Source of the DNA: Pseudobdellovibrionaceae bacterium
GTDB lineage: Bacteria > Bdellovibrionota > Bdellovibrionia > Bdellovibrionales > Bdellovibrionaceae
Direction of reading: 5' to 3'
Length of the DNA: 64,000 bases
Assembly: GCA_039810425.1 (NCBI GenBank)
Contig: JBDHWW010000011.1
Coordinates: 12,223-76,222 of the forward strand
Position 1 is the first letter of the stretch, and each line of letters opens with the position of its first letter. Below the pieces are notes generated by a model. That model was not told the DNA's origin. It saw only the letters and a program-made list of their open reading frames with translations, and did no database searches. The translations under genes were made by a program, and so were the position numbers. Positions 28,739-38,574 of this stretch are shown here, in pieces.

Positions 28739-29874
28739 CGTTGTTCTCCAATCAAGAGACTTAAATCCAAACTGTCATTTTTATTTATGAAATATTGGCC
28801 TTCGCGAAATTGGAGGACATCAGGAAACTTCTTTCGCAAACGAGCGACAAGATTTTTAAATCTATTTTCAGAAAGCGTTGAGTCGCTCTCTTCCGGATAA
28901 ATACGCTCGATCAAATCCCATTTGCCAACGGGACCACTCCAAAGAAGTTTTAAAACTTTGAACTCCAAAGAGCTCGGAGCTTCTTGGGCTTCTTGGCTGA
29001 TCTGATTCATCTTTAACAAATCCGGCAGACGTTCGCGCCATGTCGGCAAAAGATGTTGCTCAAGATCTTTTGGCCACTCTTTGCCGGGATCCAGCGCGCA
29101 CTCAAGCAAAGTGCGAATCGCACGTACTTCCGGAAAAGACGCCATCTTACTTTCGGTCATTAATGGCAAAGCTTCGTTGGCGCGTTTGAGTTCAATGAGT
29201 AAATGGGCTTTTTGCAGCAGGGAAGTAAAGTGATGGATACTGCCGCGCTCATTTTCCAAAAGGACGAGGCCTTCGTTTGTACACTCGAGTGCTTTTTCTA
29301 AGAGGCCCACGATCTGATATTCACGCGCCAGCATATTCAGCGCCATTCCGGCGAAGGCGTCGTCTTTCACTTCGCGTGAAAGCTGAATCACGGTCTGATA
29401 TTCAGAAATGAAGTTCTTGTAAGGAGTCAGGCGGCTTTCAGCGACAACAGAGTTGTAAAACGATCGCAGAGATTTTTTAGGGCACTGAAACTTTTTATAA
29501 AGCGCGCTCGCCTGCATGGCCGTTTTGATATTGTGATCCTCGCGACCATGAACTTCCCAAGCGCGACTAATAACAAAATATTTTTCCGCCTCAAGCACAT
29601 CAAAGTAAACGCGCGAAGACGCCGTCTCGATATCTTGCAGAGTGATTTGCTTGGTTCGTAGTTTGAGGCGTAAGTGCACGAGCTCTTGCAAGTCCTCAGG
29701 AAACTTGCGGTCCATTTCCTTGATCAATGTCTGCATCTTTTCAAGATCGCCTGACATGAACGCGGCCATGTATTGAGCATAGAACAAAACCGGTGCTTCA
29801 AGCTCCGGATCGCGGGCCATTTGGTGAATTTCACTGAGGCTGGCCTCAGCGAGTTTGCGGAATTGTTCTACCAT
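28735..29874 (-). CDS. TPR-like helical protein with a C-terminal winged-helix DNA-binding domain
   Basis: ALNMLAREYQIVGLLEKA (TPR-like); LEFKVLKLL...KWDLIERIY...FKNLVARLRKK...GQY (OmpR-type wHTH). Confidence 0.75.
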   Translation of the reverse strand: MVEQFRKLAEASLSEIHQMARDPELEAPVLFYAQYMAAFMSGDLEKMQTLIKEMDRKFPEDLQELVHLRLKLRTKQITLQDIETASSRVYFDVLEAEKYFVISRAWEVHGREDHNIKTAMQASALYKKFQCPKKSLRSFYNSVVAESRLTPYKNFISEYQTVIQLSREVKDDAFAGMALNMLAREYQIVGLLEKALECTNEGLVLLENERGSIHHFTSLLQKAHLLIELKRANEALPLMTESKMASFPEVRAIRTLLECALDPGKEWPKDLEQHLLPTWRERLPDLLKMNQISQEAQEAPSSLEFKVLKLLWSGPVGKWDLIERIYPEESDSTLSENRFKNLVARLRKKFPDVLQFREGQYFINKNDSLDLSLLIGEQR

Positions 29875-29909
29875 GCGGGAGGTATAGCGAAGGCGCGGGG
29901 GGTTGTCAT

Positions 29910-29926
29910 CTACCCGTAACTACCCG
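29910..29926. promoter_or_regulatory. Tandem direct repeat, candidate wHTH operator
   Basis: CTACCCG-taa-CTACCCG, 10-bp period, in the divergent intergenic region. Confidence 0.4.
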
Positions 29927-30001
29927 GCGTTTCCTCGAATTTAAACTGGCGACCTTTTACAACTGTATTCAACCCAATACTTCGTGAAAGGAAGGTACAA
30001 T

Positions 30002-30679
30002 ATGATTCGTATAATTCAAAAAACACTAAAGGTTACAATGGCTTTGGCGGCATGCTTCGGAGCGCTATCGACCTCGGCGGCGGCTGAAATCAAAGCGGTA
30101 ACGCCAGGTAACACTTTCCGCTGGGCGCCAGTGCTCGGCGTCTCTAGCTTCGCAATGAAAGCAGAAGGATATGAGGTCGGCGCCCAAGGCGGCCTCGTCG
30201 TCGGACTCAGCACTTTTATGGGCCTCGGCAATCCCGCTCTGGACGGCGAATTCGGTTTGCAGTTCATGCAAACGGGCGGAGTGCAGAAAGGCTATCTCGC
30301 TGACGGCACTTATATGGAGAACGAGCTGACGATGTCGTATTTGACGATTCCTCTCGGCGTTCGTTGGAAGTTTGCTCCTTGGGGAGATCAGCCGAACAGC
30401 GCTCTCTATTTAAAAGGTGGGCTCATTCCAGCCTTCTTGATGTCGTCCAAGCAAAAGGTAAGTGCGCTGGGTATGAGTCTTGAGAAAGATATTAAATCCG
30501 ATACGAACTCGTTCGACTTGATGGCTCAAGTGGGTCTCGGCGGCAGCTATGAGCTTGGCAATGGTCAGGATCTTTTGCTGGATCTAATGTACGTCCACGG
30601 GACAAGCAAAGTTCTTAAAGCGATGAGCTCAACCAATGAAGGCCTTGTGGCTTCAATCTCTTATTCAATGGCGTTGTAG
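30002..30679 (+). CDS. Outer-membrane beta-barrel protein (PorT/OmpA-like, 8-strand)
   Basis: Signal peptide; YLTIPLGVRW, DLMAQVGLGGSY, terminal ASISYSMAL. Confidence 0.75.
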   Translation: MIRIIQKTLKVTMALAACFGALSTSAAAEIKAVTPGNTFRWAPVLGVSSFAMKAEGYEVGAQGGLVVGLSTFMGLGNPALDGEFGLQFMQTGGVQKGYLADGTYMENELTMSYLTIPLGVRWKFAPWGDQPNSALYLKGGLIPAFLMSSKQKVSALGMSLEKDIKSDTNSFDLMAQVGLGGSYELGNGQDLLLDLMYVHGTSKVLKAMSSTNEGLVASISYSMAL

Positions 30680-30688
30680 GAGGAAGCG

Positions 30689-31447
30689 ATGAAGACACTC
30701 AAAGAAGCATTCGTGACTGGTTGTTCCCTCTTGATGATTCTGATGATGGCGGCGTGTGCGAGTTTGACGACTCGCTCTCGCGACGACGGGGCCTTGGCGC
30801 AAGTGAAGAAGGTGGCGGTGATTGCCTATACCGCGAATCTGCCTGCGACAAGAAATCTGTCGTTAGATCTTGGCAGCGGCAAAGTGGGTGGCGAGGCCGG
30901 TGGCACCATGATTCCGCAGACTTCGACCGAGACTGATAAAATCTATTCAGAGTTCGCAAAGTCACTCGAGAAAACTCAGGGATGGAAAGTGGTGGATGCA
31001 TCGACGATGCTGAAGAACCCGGGATATGTCAGTGCTTACAAAAATACTATGGAGGGCTGGCAGCAGAAGATGCCTCCGGGGCAAGGCACGACGGATTTTA
31101 ACATGGCTTCTGTCATCGATTGGAACGGACCGAGATTGCTGAAGTACGATGGGCGGGAAAAGCTTCTGAAAGACCTCGGTGTCGATGCGATCGTGATGCT
31201 CAAGGTGAACGTGGTCTTTAACGGGACGACTGTGATGGGAATTGGTACGCGCAAACCAACCGCGCATGCTCACGTCGAGATCTTCGGTAAAGGTGCTGAA
31301 AAGCCAGTTTGGTTTGAGACATTTGAAGGTGAACCAAGTTCTGAGTCCGTGGGGATGACTGGATTTATCAACGAGAAGAGACTGGGCGAGTTATCACTGT
31401 ACTCTGCTCAGACTGCCTTCGCGAAGATGGGTTCGAAGGTAAACTAG
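30689..31447 (+). CDS. Hypothetical lipoprotein (alpha/beta fold, possibly LpoB/CsgG-like)
   Basis: AGGAGG RBS; MAAC lipobox; VKKVAVI...LGVDAIVML. Confidence 0.65.
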   Translation: MKTLKEAFVTGCSLLMILMMAACASLTTRSRDDGALAQVKKVAVIAYTANLPATRNLSLDLGSGKVGGEAGGTMIPQTSTETDKIYSEFAKSLEKTQGWKVVDASTMLKNPGYVSAYKNTMEGWQQKMPPGQGTTDFNMASVIDWNGPRLLKYDGREKLLKDLGVDAIVMLKVNVVFNGTTVMGIGTRKPTAHAHVEIFGKGAEKPVWFETFEGEPSSESVGMTGFINEKRLGELSLYSAQTAFAKMGSKVN

Positions 31448-31462
31448 TGATTCTCAGAAGAA

Positions 31463-31495
31463 GGGCCTCCCGCCGGAAGCGGGAGGCCTTTTTTT
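31463..31495 (+). terminator. Rho-independent terminator
   Basis: ggcctcccgc-cggaa-gcgggaggcc-ttttttt. Confidence 0.9.
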
Positions 31496-31506
31496 ACTTT
31501 AGACAT

Positions 31507-31539
31507 AAAAAAAGCCGGTGTTTGTGACACCGGCTTTTT
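31507..31539 (-). terminator. Rho-independent terminator of fusA
   Basis: aaaaaaagccggtgt-ttgtg-acaccggcttttt. Confidence 0.9.
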
Positions 31540-31562
31540 GAGTTTCGCTTTTATCGCAAGAA

Positions 31563-33671
31563 CTACTTATTTTCAGCTGCGCGCTTAGCTTGGTATTTCT
31601 TAACGAGTTCCTCTTGGATGTTGCGAGGAGCCGCTTGGTATTTAGCGAATTCCATAGTGAACTCACCTTTACCTTTAGTTGCAGAACGCAAATCTGTTGA
31701 GTAACCGAACATTTCTGTGAGCGGCACTTCCGCCTCGATCACACAAGTTCCTTCGAATGCTGTTGTACCAACAACCACACCACGACGTTGGCTGATTTGA
31801 CCAGCCGCAGGTCCTTGGTATTCTTCTGGAACTGTTGTTTCGAGCTTCATGATCGGCTCAAGAACAGTTGGTTTTGCGGCAGGGTACACTTCACGAAGCG
31901 CAGCCATCGCAGCGATTTTGAAGGCCATGTAAGATGAATCGACATCATGGTAAGCACCGTCAGTCAATTCTACCTCTACGCCAACGATAGGGAAGCCAAT
32001 GAGTGGACCCTTAACCGTTTGCTCTTTGAAACCTTCTTCAACAGCTGGGATGAATTCCTTAGGAATGCGACCACCGACAACGCTGTTTTCAAATTTGAAT
32101 ACGGCGCCATCTTCTTGCGGAGGCAACGGACGAACAGCACCAACGATTTTCGCGTACTGACCAGAACCACCCGTTTGTTTCTTGTGAGTGTAGTCAAACG
32201 GAGCTTCAACGGCGATTGTTTCACGGTAAGCAACCTGAGGTTGACCGACAACAACTTCACAGTTGAATTCGCGTTTCATACGCTCAACGTAGATTTCCAA
32301 GTGGAGCTCGCCCATACCAGAGATGATAGTTTCGTTAGATTCTTCATCGCGGTGAACGCGGAAAGTAGGATCTTCTTTACGGAACTTTTGAAGTGCCTTA
32401 GAGAAGTTGTTCGCGCCTTCTTTGTTCTTAGGAGCCACCGCCAAGCTGATAACCGCGTCTGGAACGTGCATTGATTGCATAGAAGCTTCAATACGATCGT
32501 CACAGAAAGTGTCACCAGATGCGCAATCGATACCGAACAAGGCAACGATGTCACCCGCGTATGCCACGTCGATATCTTCCATCTTGTCAGAGTGCATGCG
32601 CACCAAACGAGGAATCTTAACAGATTTCTTATTCGTTTGATTCACGATGAAATCGCCTTTACCCATTTTACCTTGGTAAATACGCATGTAAGTCAACTGA
32701 CCGAATGGAGTCTCAGCCAATTTGAACGCCAAAGAAACCAATGGCTTCGTGTTGTCTGGGAACAGTTCGAATTTCTCTTCGTTTTTAGTCAAATCAAGAG
32801 CGTGCTCTTTTTTCTCAGCAGGAGATGGCAAGTAGTAAGTGACCGCGTCCATCAAGCGCTGAACGCCTTTGTTTTTGAACGCTGAGCCGCAAAGAACTGG
32901 AACCAACTTCAAATTGATTGTACCAGCACGGATCGCCGCACGGATTTCTTCAGTCGTAGGCTCTTCTTCCATCAAGAATTTCTCTTCGATTTTAGGATCG
33001 ATATCAGCCAATTTGCCGATCATTTTTTGACGGTATTCTTTAGCTTGTTCAACCAAGTCAGCCGGGATATCGCCAACAGCGATTTTCTCGCCGTTGTCGC
33101 CCTCGTTGATGTAAGACTTCATATCCGTCAAATCGACGTGGCCACGATGTTGATCTTCCAAGCCGATAGGAATCTGGATCATCACCGCATTCAGTTTCAA
33201 TTTGTCGACCAACGCATCAGCAACGCGGAATGGATTAGCACCTTGACGGTCCAATTTGTTCACGAATGCCAAACGAGGAACACTGTAGCGTTTCATCTGA
33301 CGGTCCACTGTGATTGACTGGGATTGAACGCCCGCAACACCACACAATAACAAAACAGCGCCGTCGAGAACGCGCAAAGAACGTTCAACTTCTACTGTGA
33401 AATCCACGTGCCCCGGTGTATCGATCAAGTTGATGGTATAATCTTTCCACTGTACCTGAGTCGCAGCAGACTGGATTGTAATACCTTTTTCACGCTCAAG
33501 ATCCATGGAGTCCATCGTTGCGCCCACGCCGTCTTTTCCTTTAACTTCGTGGATCGCGTGGATACGACCTCCATAGAACAAAATACGCTCAGATGTCGTG
33601 GTTTTTCCCGAGTCGATGTGAGCCGAGATACCGATATTTCTGACCATATCAATATTCCATTTTTTGGACAT
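31563..33671 (-). CDS. fusA: Elongation factor G (stand-alone, spdEFG1/mtEFG1-like)
   Basis: [51 protein letters not shown]. Confidence 0.97.
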   Translation of the reverse strand: MSKKWNIDMVRNIGISAHIDSGKTTTSERILFYGGRIHAIHEVKGKDGVGATMDSMDLEREKGITIQSAATQVQWKDYTINLIDTPGHVDFTVEVERSLRVLDGAVLLLCGVAGVQSQSITVDRQMKRYSVPRLAFVNKLDRQGANPFRVADALVDKLKLNAVMIQIPIGLEDQHRGHVDLTDMKSYINEGDNGEKIAVGDIPADLVEQAKEYRQKMIGKLADIDPKIEEKFLMEEEPTTEEIRAAIRAGTINLKLVPVLCGSAFKNKGVQRLMDAVTYYLPSPAEKKEHALDLTKNEEKFELFPDNTKPLVSLAFKLAETPFGQLTYMRIYQGKMGKGDFIVNQTNKKSVKIPRLVRMHSDKMEDIDVAYAGDIVALFGIDCASGDTFCDDRIEASMQSMHVPDAVISLAVAPKNKEGANNFSKALQKFRKEDPTFRVHRDEESNETIISGMGELHLEIYVERMKREFNCEVVVGQPQVAYRETIAVEAPFDYTHKKQTGGSGQYAKIVGAVRPLPPQEDGAVFKFENSVVGGRIPKEFIPAVEEGFKEQTVKGPLIGFPIVGVEVELTDGAYHDVDSSYMAFKIAAMAALREVYPAAKPTVLEPIMKLETTVPEEYQGPAAGQISQRRGVVVGTTAFEGTCVIEAEVPLTEMFGYSTDLRSATKGKGEFTMEFAKYQAAPRNIQEELVKKYQAKRAAENK

Positions 33672-33813
33672 AACTATACCCTTTTGTGTGTTAATGATTG
33701 CTTAAAGAACCTAAGGAGTTATCATTATTCGTCCCCCATTGCAAAAGAAGAATGTGACGAATCCGTGACGGCAAACCTTTGGCGCGGCGCTTAATCAGGC
33801 AAGGATTTAATGA

Positions 33814-35265
33814 GTGAATCTCTCCCAACTTTTAGCTGAAAACTTCCCCTATAAACAGTTTCGAGGCGAACAGGAAAAGATCCTGGACAGGGTCATGGCT
33901 GGGAGAGACACACTGGCGCTGATGCCGACGGGGATGGGGAAAAGCCTGTGTTTTCAGTTCCCCGCGAAAGTGCAAAAAGAACTCGTGTTGGTGATTTCAC
34001 CCCTGATTGCTTTGATGGAAGATCAAGTCCATAAGGCCCGGAAACTCGGCATTTCCGCGACCTACTTAAGCTCTACCGTCAGCCGCGAAGAGCGTGAGTC
34101 CCGGCAAAAACGCCTGGCCGCCGGGGAGTTTCAGCTCTTTTATGTGACGCCCGAGCGTTTTCGCAAATCGGAATTCCTCGAAGCCATTCAAAAACGAAAA
34201 CTTTTTTGCCTAGCAGTCGACGAGGCCCATTGCATTAGCCAGTGGGGCCACGATTTCCGTCCTGATTATTCACGGTTGGGCGAGTTCCGCCAGCTTCTGG
34301 GGAACCCGCCGGTCCTTGCTTTGACGGCGACCGCAACACCGGCTGTGCAAAAGGACATTTTGAAGCAGCTCGCTATGGAAAACTCGGGGGAAATCATTTT
34401 CGGCGGGTTAGAGCGCCCCAACCTTCAACTCCGAGTGCATGGTGTCTATGGCATCGATGAAAAGATCCGTGCGATCATCGGCCTCCGCCATCAGGCTGCC
34501 GGTGCTGCGATTATTTACTGTTCGCTGATCCAGACTTTGAAAAAAGTATCCAGTGATTTGCGTCGTTTGGGTGTCGAGCACTTGGTATATCACGGCGATT
34601 TACCGGGGCAGGACCGAAAACGAAACCTGAAACGCTTCGTTTCTGAAGAGGCGCCGCTGATGGTGGCGACGCCGGCGTTTGGCTTGGGGATCGACAAAGA
34701 GAATGTACGCCTGTTGGTGCACGTGGAAATTCCCGGCTCCGTCGAGGCCTATTATCAAGAAGTGGGGCGGGCCGGCCGTGATGGTCTGCCGTCACAATGT
34801 CATTTGCTCTATGATCAAGACGATGTCTCGATCCAGATGGAGTTTTTAAAGTGGTCACATCCGGAACCGGAGTTTATCAGTCAAGTGTATCAGCTGATTG
34901 TGAAAAATCGTGGGCCGCTGGATCAAGAAGGCTTTGAGTATCTCCGCGGGCAGATGAGCTTTAAAAATCGCCGCGACTTCCGGGCGGAAAGTGCCGTGCG
35001 TATTTTAGAGCGTTGGGATTGTTTGGAGGCCGCTCCAGACCTGCCGTTCCCGTATGTGGCCGTGCGAGAACCGACACCGGAAATGTTTGCGGCCGAAAAT
35101 TCTCCGGCGCTTCTGAAAAGCCAGAATCAAAAGCTCTACGACATCGTTCGCTATGCCACTCGTGAAGATGAGTGCCGGCTTCTGCAAGTTTATGAATACT
35201 TTGGCCATGAAGGCGCGAGCCAATGCGGGCACTGTGACGTGTGCCTTGCCGCTCCAGCCCTATAG
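33814..35265 (+). CDS. recQ: RecQ-family DNA helicase (short, no HRDC)
   Basis: [47 protein letters not shown], terminal Zn site CR...CGHCDVC. Confidence 0.93.
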   Translation: MNLSQLLAENFPYKQFRGEQEKILDRVMAGRDTLALMPTGMGKSLCFQFPAKVQKELVLVISPLIALMEDQVHKARKLGISATYLSSTVSREERESRQKRLAAGEFQLFYVTPERFRKSEFLEAIQKRKLFCLAVDEAHCISQWGHDFRPDYSRLGEFRQLLGNPPVLALTATATPAVQKDILKQLAMENSGEIIFGGLERPNLQLRVHGVYGIDEKIRAIIGLRHQAAGAAIIYCSLIQTLKKVSSDLRRLGVEHLVYHGDLPGQDRKRNLKRFVSEEAPLMVATPAFGLGIDKENVRLLVHVEIPGSVEAYYQEVGRAGRDGLPSQCHLLYDQDDVSIQMEFLKWSHPEPEFISQVYQLIVKNRGPLDQEGFEYLRGQMSFKNRRDFRAESAVRILERWDCLEAAPDLPFPYVAVREPTPEMFAAENSPALLKSQNQKLYDIVRYATREDECRLLQVYEYFGHEGASQCGHCDVCLAAPAL

Positions 35266-35401
35266 CGAGATTGAAGCGGGTCGGAAACGGGCTTTGGCGT
35301 GAGTCTAAAGGCAATCCCGGCGACGAGCCATGTGAGGAAGCTGTCGGGTTTTGTTCCTGTTTTTCTCCAATTGTTTTTTTCGATTGAAACCGTCGCATTC
35401 A

Positions 35402-36055
35402 CTAGGGGCGAAAAATACTGAAATGATCAAAGACCTGCGGTTCTTTCATGGCATACAACCACGGGTGACCTTGATAAATCCAGTGACGGATGCCCCGGCC
35501 ACGCGCCACCACCGTGATAGATTTTTGCAGGGAGATCTTTTTAAGATCTTCGAGAGTTTTTTCAATTGCCGGACGGCCGCCAAAATCAAAAATAAAATAA
35601 TACTCCGCCAGTGCGGGGGTGAAATCGGAAGCGCTGAGATCCGCGGTTTCAAGGCGACAACGAGGATAATCGAAATTTGCGAGAACTCTGCGGCCTTCTT
35701 GCACACGTTCGTCGACGAACTCGTAGCCGATAAAATTCACGCGCGGGTAGTGATGGCCCAAGACGAGGGCCATGCGCCCATAGGCGCAGCCGAGATCAAT
35801 GACAGTGCTGTCGTTTTCAGGCGAAAGTAAGTCCAAAATTTGACGAAGTTCCGTGTAAGGCGTTTGCATGGCTTGTACCGGGAGCCCCACCCATGCTTGG
35901 ACATCAGCGGAAACACTTTTTGGTCCCCAATCATTGAAGAGCCTTTTTTCGATCTCGTCGGTTTGAAACCCAAGATATGCATCGACCATGACAGCATGCT
36001 CCTGAGCGTCTGTATAAGAATGGGATGCCTCAGGTAAGCGTGGAAATAAGTCCAT
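35402..36055 (-). CDS. Class I SAM-dependent methyltransferase-like protein
   Basis: VIDLGCAYGR, FIGYE, TADL. Confidence 0.75.
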   Translation of the reverse strand: MDLFPRLPEASHSYTDAQEHAVMVDAYLGFQTDEIEKRLFNDWGPKSVSADVQAWVGLPVQAMQTPYTELRQILDLLSPENDSTVIDLGCAYGRMALVLGHHYPRVNFIGYEFVDERVQEGRRVLANFDYPRCRLETADLSASDFTPALAEYYFIFDFGGRPAIEKTLEDLKKISLQKSITVVARGRGIRHWIYQGHPWLYAMKEPQVFDHFSIFRP

Positions 36056-36239
36056 AAGGTTTAAAACGATTTTAGCCAGGAGGGACGCCCTTTTCGATTT
36101 TGTTGAAGCTTATTTATCGAATGGAAACACAGTATCAGGAGAATTAAAAAAAGTTAATCGCGTTCTCATAGGTTCTTAATCCGTCCGAAGTAAGATTTAT
36201 TTACAAGCAATAAATACCAACGAAAAACAAGGAGTTCGT

Positions 36240-36497
36240 ATGAAAAGTCTTATTACCGCAATGGTTCTTTTGGGTTCTGTTTCTGCGTTTGCTGGCCATG
36301 AAGGCTCAAAGCCTTGCCAGGAAATCAATCTGGCTTGCCAATCCGCTGGCTTCAAAAAAGGCGACCATAAAGAGAAAAAAGGTCTTTTTAAAGACTGCGT
36401 TCAGCCGATCTTGATGGGACAAACTGTTACTGGTGTAAGCGTTAGCGCGGATGTTGTGTCTGCTTGTAAAGCAAAGAAAATGGCTCACGGCAAATAA
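36240..36497 (+). CDS. Small secreted 4-Cys protein
   Basis: AAGGAG RBS; signal peptide ending AFA; four Cys. Confidence 0.8.
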   Translation: MKSLITAMVLLGSVSAFAGHEGSKPCQEINLACQSAGFKKGDHKEKKGLFKDCVQPILMGQTVTGVSVSADVVSACKAKKMAHGK

Positions 36498-36512
36498 GCT
36501 GAATTGCAGAAA

Positions 36513-36556
36513 TAAAATAAAAAAGCCTTCGAAATATCGAAGGCTTTTTTATTTTA
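36513..36556. terminator. Bidirectional intrinsic terminator
   Basis: taaaataaaaaagccttcga-aata-tcgaaggcttttttatttta, a perfect inverted repeat. Confidence 0.9.
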
Positions 36557-36581
36557 CGTCTTGCAATGATCGGATTGAATA

Positions 36582-36899
36582 CTAGTTGCCAATGTGGATC
36601 GTGGTCGTCGCGCCCGGCGTGTTTCCAGTGTGGGAGCTATCTTTGCCGCCTGTAAGTTGCTTCATTTCAGCCTGATTTTTTAGAGTGGCAAGGCAAGTGT
36701 CGTAGCCGGTTTCACCAATGCGGTAAGTTTGACCTGCCGTTGTTGTGCAAGTCGTTTGGATCGCTACTTTGCCGCCAGCGGCTTTACTGCCGTTCATGAG
36801 GAACTTTCTATATTCAGAAAAATTCAAATCTTGAGCAAAAGCCAGAGAGCTTAATTGAACGGTGACGCCGAGCAGAACCGAAAAGAACAAGACCTTCAT
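36582..36899 (-). CDS. Small secreted hypothetical protein (2 Cys)
   Basis: GGAGG RBS; signal peptide ending AFA. Confidence 0.7.
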   Translation of the reverse strand: MKVLFFSVLLGVTVQLSSLAFAQDLNFSEYRKFLMNGSKAAGGKVAIQTTCTTTAGQTYRIGETGYDTCLATLKNQAEMKQLTGGKDSSHTGNTPGATTTIHIGN

Positions 36900-36957
36900 T
36901 GATTAAAACCTCCGCAAGTTTTTTTGAAGCTACACAATGGACGTCCTTGGAATCAAG

Positions 36958-36992
36958 AAAAAAAAGGCCTCAGGGAGTAAACCCCGAGGCCC
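36958..36992 (-). terminator. Intrinsic terminator closing the 45017-37026 gene run
   Basis: ggcctc...gaggcc hairpin with an A8 run on the plus strand. Confidence 0.75.
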
Positions 36993-37025
36993 CATGAGAT
37001 CTTACGTTAGCCTCACACCTGCGGA

Positions 37026-37601
37026 TTAGCGAGAAAGCAGTAAGAACACATTTCTAATATACAAATTACCGTTTCCGTAGATCACGATGCTATCCGCACC
37101 ATAACCAATATAAGTGGATTGGTTAGGGAAAATGCGGAAGTTGTTTGGATAGGCGTTCAAGTTGATCGTTGGCGCCGCTTGAAAGCCGTTGATCAAGACA
37201 TCAATAAGCGCCGTGTTGTACTGAGCATTCGCGGTGAAATCGACGGCCACCAATCTGTAACCTTGGTATTGGTACAAGTTGACGTACTGGCCGATATCAA
37301 TGCGGTCACTGCCCAACATATAGCGATCTGCATAAACGGGAACACTGATCGTGCCATAACCTGGATCTGGATTGCCTGGAAAAGGCGGTGGACCCGGATC
37401 AGGTCTTACTGGCGGACGAGGACGAGGGCGAGGACCCGGGCGGACTGGGCCTGGAACTCCAGGACCGCGTCCGGGGCCGCGACCAGGGCCGTAGCCGGGC
37501 CCACGTCCAGGGCCCGGTGGGTTGCCTGGAGTGATGTAGGCTTCGGCCGCCACCGCTGACAAAGTCAGCGCGGCAGCAAGGATTAGAAAAAGTTTTTTCA
37601 T
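37026..37601 (-). CDS. Secreted Pro/Gly/Arg-repeat protein with a C-terminal beta-sandwich-like domain
   Basis: Signal peptide; GPGRGPGY repeats and PRPRPP; beta-rich C-terminus. Confidence 0.75.
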   Translation of the reverse strand: MKKLFLILAAALTLSAVAAEAYITPGNPPGPGRGPGYGPGRGPGRGPGVPGPVRPGPRPRPRPPVRPDPGPPPFPGNPDPGYGTISVPVYADRYMLGSDRIDIGQYVNLYQYQGYRLVAVDFTANAQYNTALIDVLINGFQAAPTINLNAYPNNFRIFPNQSTYIGYGADSIVIYGNGNLYIRNVFLLLSR

Positions 37602-37626
37602 AAAAATGTTTCCTTGTTAGAAAAGA

Positions 37627-38529
37627 CTACCAGTTCACTTGGTCGACATCGTAACCCCAGTTCGCGAGGGATTTACGATACATACCTTTTACGAATTTTT
37701 GAGCTTGGTCTGGTTTTAAACCGAGGGCTGCCGCAGATCTGTTAGTCAAATCAGCCATGCCCGCAGTGCTACCATTCTGCAATTCTTTAACCGCCGTTAA
37801 AGCGTCAGCAAACTTAACCCCGAAAACAGATTTGAAAGTTTTATCCATATCTGCAGGAGTTGTTTGACCGCGCTCTGCAGCTGCAACAGCCCAAGAGTTC
37901 AATGCAGAAGCAACCGCAACAGCTTTGTCTTGTTTGAAGCCGTATTCTTTCATCAATTTATCAGTCGCCAATTTCACGAGTTTTTTGTTCGTGTCTGACT
38001 TAAGAGCTGCGAAGTTTGAATCGGATGCCTTTGAAGAAGACTTGTTGTTGATCGCTTCGCCGTAGTTCGACTCGCCAGGGTTCGCATTGTAAAGAACACC
38101 GTTTTTACCGAGCCAGTATGTACCGCCGGCAATGTCTTCCCAGTAGAGACCTGTAGAGCCAACTCCGATTGTTGTCCCGCCGACGTACCCCGCGAAGTCG
38201 CTAGGGCTTGCGTAGTATCGGAAGCCGCCATACTGGTCATAGACCGCAGCAGTTCCACCGCCGTCAAACTTCACATACCACATATCGTCGGAACCGTGGC
38301 CGCTTTTGCCGTAGTCAGTATCTTCAGTTACTTTGATACGTTGACCGTCTCTAGTTAAGAATGTGCAACCCGGAGTTGGCTGTTGGGTTGTGCATACGTC
38401 GCCATAGACAGTTTCATATGGGTAGTAAAGAATTTGGCTACTGCCGCCACTAACGCCACCGCCACCGCCGCAAGCTGCGAGAGTCGCAAGTACTATTCCC
38501 GTCAGGGCTGTTGTGATTTGTTTTTTCAT
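37627..38529 (-). CDS. Hypothetical lipoprotein (Tyr/Gly-rich beta N-half, helical C-half)
   Basis: GAGGA RBS; LAAC lipobox followed by a poly-Gly linker. Confidence 0.75.
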   Translation of the reverse strand: MKKQITTALTGIVLATLAACGGGGGVSGGSSQILYYPYETVYGDVCTTQQPTPGCTFLTRDGQRIKVTEDTDYGKSGHGSDDMWYVKFDGGGTAAVYDQYGGFRYYASPSDFAGYVGGTTIGVGSTGLYWEDIAGGTYWLGKNGVLYNANPGESNYGEAINNKSSSKASDSNFAALKSDTNKKLVKLATDKLMKEYGFKQDKAVAVASALNSWAVAAAERGQTTPADMDKTFKSVFGVKFADALTAVKELQNGSTAGMADLTNRSAAALGLKPDQAQKFVKGMYRKSLANWGYDVDQVNW

Positions 38530-38574
38530 GTGATTTCCTCCTCTTTTGGTCTCTAGCTTTGTGAGACCTTTATT

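Noticed and set aside
33780..33796. TGGCGC... as a sigma-54 promoter for recQ
   Set aside because: The -12 GC is missing (GG-N10-AA)
37380..37530. GC-rich short tandem repeats as a possible CRISPR or VNTR
   Set aside because: They encode GPGR/PRP peptide repeats; no constant repeat-spacer structure and no cas genes
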